DNA of 64,000 nucleotides from Macrostomum hystrix (Eukaryota > Animalia > Platyhelminthes). Every line of letters starts with the position of its first letter. Position 1 is the stretch's first letter. The stretch lies in the NCBI GenBank assembly GCA_950097015.1, contig CATNEN010000025.1:806001-870000 (forward strand), written 5' to 3'. A program made the position numbers and the translations under genes. A model generated the notes under the pieces. That model was given only the letters and a program-made list of their open reading frames with translations, ran no database searches and was not told the DNA's origin. Shown piece after piece: positions 61,701-64,000 of this stretch.

Positions 61701-63430
61701 TACTCGGAGCTAGTCGTGATCCTGACAACGACGGTAGCGATGAAGCTACCAGCCTGCGCAACAGGCTGGCCGAGAAAGAACGCCTGGAGCTACGGTACAC
61801 CGCACTGATCAAGAAGCTGCGACAGCAGCGCCAGGAGACTCTGCAACAGCATCGGCGTCAGCTGGCTGAAGCCGAGACTGAGACGGAAGCGCTTCGTCGG
61901 CGTTTGGAGGCCACCGAAGCTGAGCTAGTGTCAGCTCGAATGTCGCTGGCTTTGACACCGCCCCCGCCGCCCCTGCCGCCAGCCGCACCAGCCGCCGCAG
62001 TTTCCGAGGCCGAAGCCGAGCTTCAATCCCTGCGAGCGGTGCACTCAAGGTGCCGCGGCCAGCTCGATCAGGTGCGAGCCGAGCGGACCCGCATCCAGCA
62101 GGAGTACGATCGACTGCGGCGTCGGCTAGACGAATCGCCAGCCATGTCGCCTCCTCCGCCATTGTTACCTAGATCACAATTGTCGCCCTCGCCGACGCCT
62201 CCGGTGCAGCATCCTCCGCCGCCGGTTCCTCCTCCGCCTACGCAGCTTCAAATTTTGCAGTCAGAAGCTGCGGCAGCTGCGGCAGCCGACGATGAGGTTC
62301 TCACTCTGCGCTCTGAGAACGAAGGCTTGCGTTTCAAAGTTAGCGTTCTTGAGACCAAAGCTAAGAAAATGGAATTCAGATTAAGGGCCGAGCGAGACAA
62401 AATTGACAAGCTTCAGGTAACTAAGAGTATATAAAAATGTGAATACTGTTTCGCTCGAACGTTAATTACTTATACGTTAATAAATTTCTAGCACCGACTG
62501 GACGAGAAGGACACCGAGCTGGACCAGCTGGTTGATAAACTGCGCGCTAGCCGAGCTCAACTAGAATCGGAGAGAAGCCGTCGGCTCGGCGAGGCTAAAC
62601 GCCTCAGCACCGCTCTCGAGGCCGAAGAGGCGCGCGCCGGTAAACTGGAACGACGCCTTCGCGAGGGCAGCGCTGAATCGGCGGCGGCCGTTCTAGCCGA
62701 AGAGGCGGCTGCAGCTCGCGAAGCCAAGCGTCAGACTGAGCAGCGCCTGATGGCCGAGGCGGCTGATCTGCGCGGTCAATTAGACGAATTGGCGGCCGAC
62801 AATCGCGAGTTGCGCAATCGTTTAGAAACGGCAGCCGCTCACGGCACCGGCCTCGGCGGAGGCGTCATCAGCGGAGCCGACTGTTCCGAGTGTCGACGCC
62901 TGCGCGAGGCGGTTCGCGTACTTGAATCGCAGCAGACGGCGCGGCGACGGCGGGCAACCAGCGAGGCCAAGTCTGTAGCCACGGAGCCGTTGCCGCCTGT
63001 CGCCGAGGCTGCCAGCCAGACTGGCCCCGAGGCGGACGACGCCATTGAAGATGTTGACCTGCTTCGGAAACGTTTGAATGAACTCGAGTTGGCTGCGGTC
63101 GAGTGCGAGACCCTCCGTGCCCTGGTGAAACAGCTGGAGGAGTCGGCAGCAGCTGCGGCCACTTCGCCGCAAACGCCTACAGTAGTTGATGAAGCTTCGT
63201 CGGCATCGCCATCGCTGTCAACAACGGAGGACTCCGTGATTATTCCGATGCTGCTAGCTGCCGATGAGCAGTCGGTCTCGGCAGCAGCAACTCCGCTGAC
63301 TTTAATTCGGCGCCTGCGTCGCTGCCTTGTGCCGTGGCGGTCTGTGCGGCTTCGGCCGAGTGCGCGCAACGCCGCTCTGGCTTATCTGTGCGGCCTCCAC
63401 TGCCTGCTGCTGTACTTCCTGCTGCTGTGA
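37616..63430 (+). CDS. GOLGB1: Giant giantin/GOLGB1-like tail-anchored coiled-coil golgin, ~7,480 aa; join(37616..37705,37859..38158,38604..38691,38784..38965,40056..40241,40736..41032,41476..56295,56460..57287,57389..58687,58789..59946,60032..60442,60569..62416,62492..63430)
   Basis: ATG 37616 has an in-frame TAA upstream. All 12 introns are GT..AG with compatible phases; 22,446 nt is divisible by 3. The protein is heptad-rich E/K/L/Q/S throughout with no signal peptide. The extreme C-terminal TM ARNAALAYLCGLHCLLLYFLLL* has the Y-x4-H motif of giantin/golgin-84/CASP and no lumenal tail (giantin-like). N-terminal EQLARLKEIIRH recalls the giantin N-terminus. Orthology is by motif recall, not by search. 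Confidence 0.75.
37859..38158 (+). CDS. Golgin exon 2
   Basis: Acceptor tcttcaag|GAT; in frame with ORF 37889; donor AGG|GTAATA. Confidence 0.85.
38222..38560 (+). mobile_element. SINE family A copy in golgin intron 2 (plus an antisense 3'-end fragment at 38168-38210)
   Basis: Collinear homology; TTA-rich tail. Confidence 0.85.
38604..38691 (+). CDS. Golgin exon 3
   Basis: Acceptor catttttag|CGA; RKQEEIAMKDDDMLILMKSHEESVKKLFK; donor G|GTAAGT, phase 1. Confidence 0.8.
38784..38965 (+). CDS. Golgin exon 4
   Basis: Acceptor gcgcag|AG completes Glu; donor AAG|GTGAGT. Confidence 0.82.
39465..39990. repeat. Minisatellite, 23 bp (ATCTCTCAACAAATCCCCACTCC), decaying 3'
   Basis: ATCTCTC at 39481, 39504. 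Confidence 0.88.
40056..40241 (+). CDS. Golgin exon 5
   Basis: Acceptor cttccag|AAA (an in-frame alternative AG lies 24 nt upstream); donor GAG|GTCAGT. Confidence 0.78.
40405..40505 (-). mobile_element. SINE family B 3' fragment
   Basis: Reverse complement AGTCCACGGACTGAAC...CAGCCTTT...GCGCAATAGCT. Confidence 0.65.
40510..40660 (+). mobile_element. SINE family B, 5'-truncated copy
   Basis: GGACTGAACAGCCGTACGCAGCCTTCAGATG identical to 6198-6228; upstream part matches the CORE end. Confidence 0.72.
40736..41032 (+). CDS. Golgin exon 6
   Basis: Acceptor cctcgcag|GCT; donor CAG|GTGAGT. Confidence 0.85.
41476..56295 (+). CDS. Golgin exon 7, giant 14,820-nt exon (4,940 codons)
   Basis: ORF 41470..56313 is uninterrupted; acceptor ttattgcag|GAC; donor GAG|GTACAT at 56296. 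Confidence 0.88.
42022..44037 (+). repeat. Coding tandem repeat, 63 bp (21 aa, TELTEKLQVSESSSNDLQQQ[LV]) x 32
   Basis: The first unit starts at 42022 and the 32nd at 43975 (31 x 63 later). Confidence 0.95.
47071..54388 (+). repeat. Coding tandem repeat, 588 bp (196 aa) x ~12.4, near-identical
   Basis: TCTGAGCTGAGCGACTCAAAGG recurs at 47071, 47659, 48247 ... 54127, exactly every 588 bp. Confidence 0.97.
56460..57287 (+). CDS. Golgin exon 8
   Basis: Acceptor ttttttag|GAA; donor CTG|GTAAGA. Confidence 0.85.
57389..58687 (+). CDS. Golgin exon 9 (13 x 42-bp repeat; product of the 1.4-kb duplication)
   Basis: Acceptor ttttccag|GGC; donor CTG|GTAAGA. Confidence 0.83.
57548..58093 (+). repeat. Coding tandem repeat, 42 bp (ERDALLSDRDAITS) x 13
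   Basis: Counted in ORF 57398..58900. Confidence 0.93.
58789..59946 (+). CDS. Golgin exon 10 (12 x 42-bp repeat)
   Basis: Acceptor matches that of exon 9; donor GCT|GTAAGA at 59947 (in-frame alternative GAG|GTTATT at 59926). Confidence 0.75.
58948..59451 (+). repeat. Coding tandem repeat, 42 bp (ERDALLSDRDAITS) x 12
   Basis: Counted in ORF 58798..59970. Confidence 0.93.
60032..60442 (+). CDS. Golgin exon 11
   Basis: Acceptor ctgacctccctaaaacgcag|AGC ATG; donor GAG|GTTAGT. Confidence 0.75.
60569..62416 (+). CDS. Golgin exon 12 (coiled coil + Pro-rich hinges)
   Basis: Acceptor tttaaacag|GTG; donor CAG|GTAACT. Confidence 0.85.
62492..63430 (+). CDS. Golgin last exon with C-terminal TM anchor
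   Basis: Acceptor tttctag|CAC; open and in frame with ORF 62750..63430; ends YLCGLHCLLLYFLLL TGA. Confidence 0.87.
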   Translation, partial: HRLDEKDTELDQLVDKLRASRAQLESERSRRLGEAKRLSTALEAEEARAGKLERRLREGSAESAAAVLAEEAAAAREAKRQTEQRLMAEAADLRGQLDELAADNRELRNRLETAAAHGTGLGGGVISGADCSECRRLREAVRVLESQQTARRRRATSEAKSVATEPLPPVAEAASQTGPEADDAIEDVDLLRKRLNELELAAVECETLRALVKQLEESAAAAATSPQTPTVVDEASSASPSLSTTEDSVIIPMLLAADEQSVSAAATPLTLIRRLRRCLVPWRSVRLRPSARNAALAYLCGLHCLLLYFLLL

Positions 63431-63439
63431 CCTTCCTGA

Positions 63440-63915
63440 TCTGCTAGTTATAAAAGCAAGTAAAATTCTAGTAGATGGAAACCCACTGGGTGGAATCCCA
63501 TTGGGTAGAATCCCATTGGGTAGAATCCCATTGGGTAGAATTCCACTGGGTAGAACCACATTGGGTAGAATCGCACTGAGTAGAATCCCACTATATAGAA
63601 TAACATTAGTTCAAATCCCACTGGGCAGAATCCCATTGGGTAGAATCCCTCTGGATGGAATCCAACTAGCTAGAATCCCACTAGCTAGAATCCCACTCTG
63701 TAGAATCACATTTGATAGAATCCCACTGGGCAGAATCCCACTGGATGGAATCCCACTAGCTGGAATCCCACTAGTTCAAACCCCACTGGGTAGAATCCCA
63801 TTGGGTAGAATCCCACCGGCTAGAATCCCACTAGTTAGAATCCTACTGGATAGAATCCCATTGGGTAGAATCCCACCGGCTAGAATCCCACTAGTTAGAA
63901 TCCTACTGGATAGAA
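63440..63915. repeat. Minisatellite, 15 bp (TAGAATCCCATTGGG) in the golgin 3' UTR region
   Basis: TAGAAT at 63506, 63521, 63536. Confidence 0.9.
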
Positions 63916-64000
63916 TCTATATATTTTTGCCTATTTTCCAAGCTCTTCAACTCTAACACGGTTATCAGTCGTGTAGTGCGATTTCGCTTGACAATAGAAA

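Noticed and set aside
1869-63369. Antisense and off-frame ORFs over the coding exons (e.g. 1869-2681, 42570-43922, the 67/91-aa series at 47-54 kb, 57511-58248, 60514-61431)
   Set aside because: Shadow ORFs of GC-rich or repetitive sense coding sequence; no independent motifs
56487-63430. Separate genes for ORFs 56487, 57398, 58798, 60035, 60545 and 62750
   Set aside because: Short GT-AG introns join them in phase into one reading frame that continues from the giant exon
63327-63956. 209-aa GRIPL-repeat ORF
   Set aside because: Translation of the 15-bp 3' UTR array in another frame

Overview
Eukaryotic (animal) genomic DNA with GT-AG introns, GC-rich exons, AT-rich spacers and very dense minisatellites and SINEs. 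The style fits a repeat-rich invertebrate such as the flatworm Macrostomum; this is inference only. Three spliced genes can be rebuilt with consistent reading frames. (1) A + strand protocadherin with 7 cadherin repeats (delta-1-like layout), 6 coding exons, 1824-16298, about 1101 aa. (2) A - strand mitoferrin (SLC25A28/37 family), 3 coding exons, 34783-27856, about 335 aa. (3) Head-to-head with it, a giant + strand giantin/GOLGB1-like tail-anchored coiled-coil golgin with 13 coding exons, 37616-63430, about 7,480 aa. Its 14,820-nt exon 7 holds 32 x 63-bp and about 12.4 x 588-bp repeats, and a 1.4-kb exon+intron tandem duplication follows; every coding tandem-repeat unit (63, 588, 42 bp) is a whole number of heptads. 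About 19 non-coding minisatellite arrays cover roughly 15 kb. Two tRNA-derived SINE families are dispersed here: family A, with a conserved hairpin carrying a hammerhead-core-like CUGANGA..GAAA-GUC string, and family B, with a MIR-type CORE. There is also one foldback-like element. No prokaryotic features, CRISPR arrays, rRNA or intact tRNA genes were seen.
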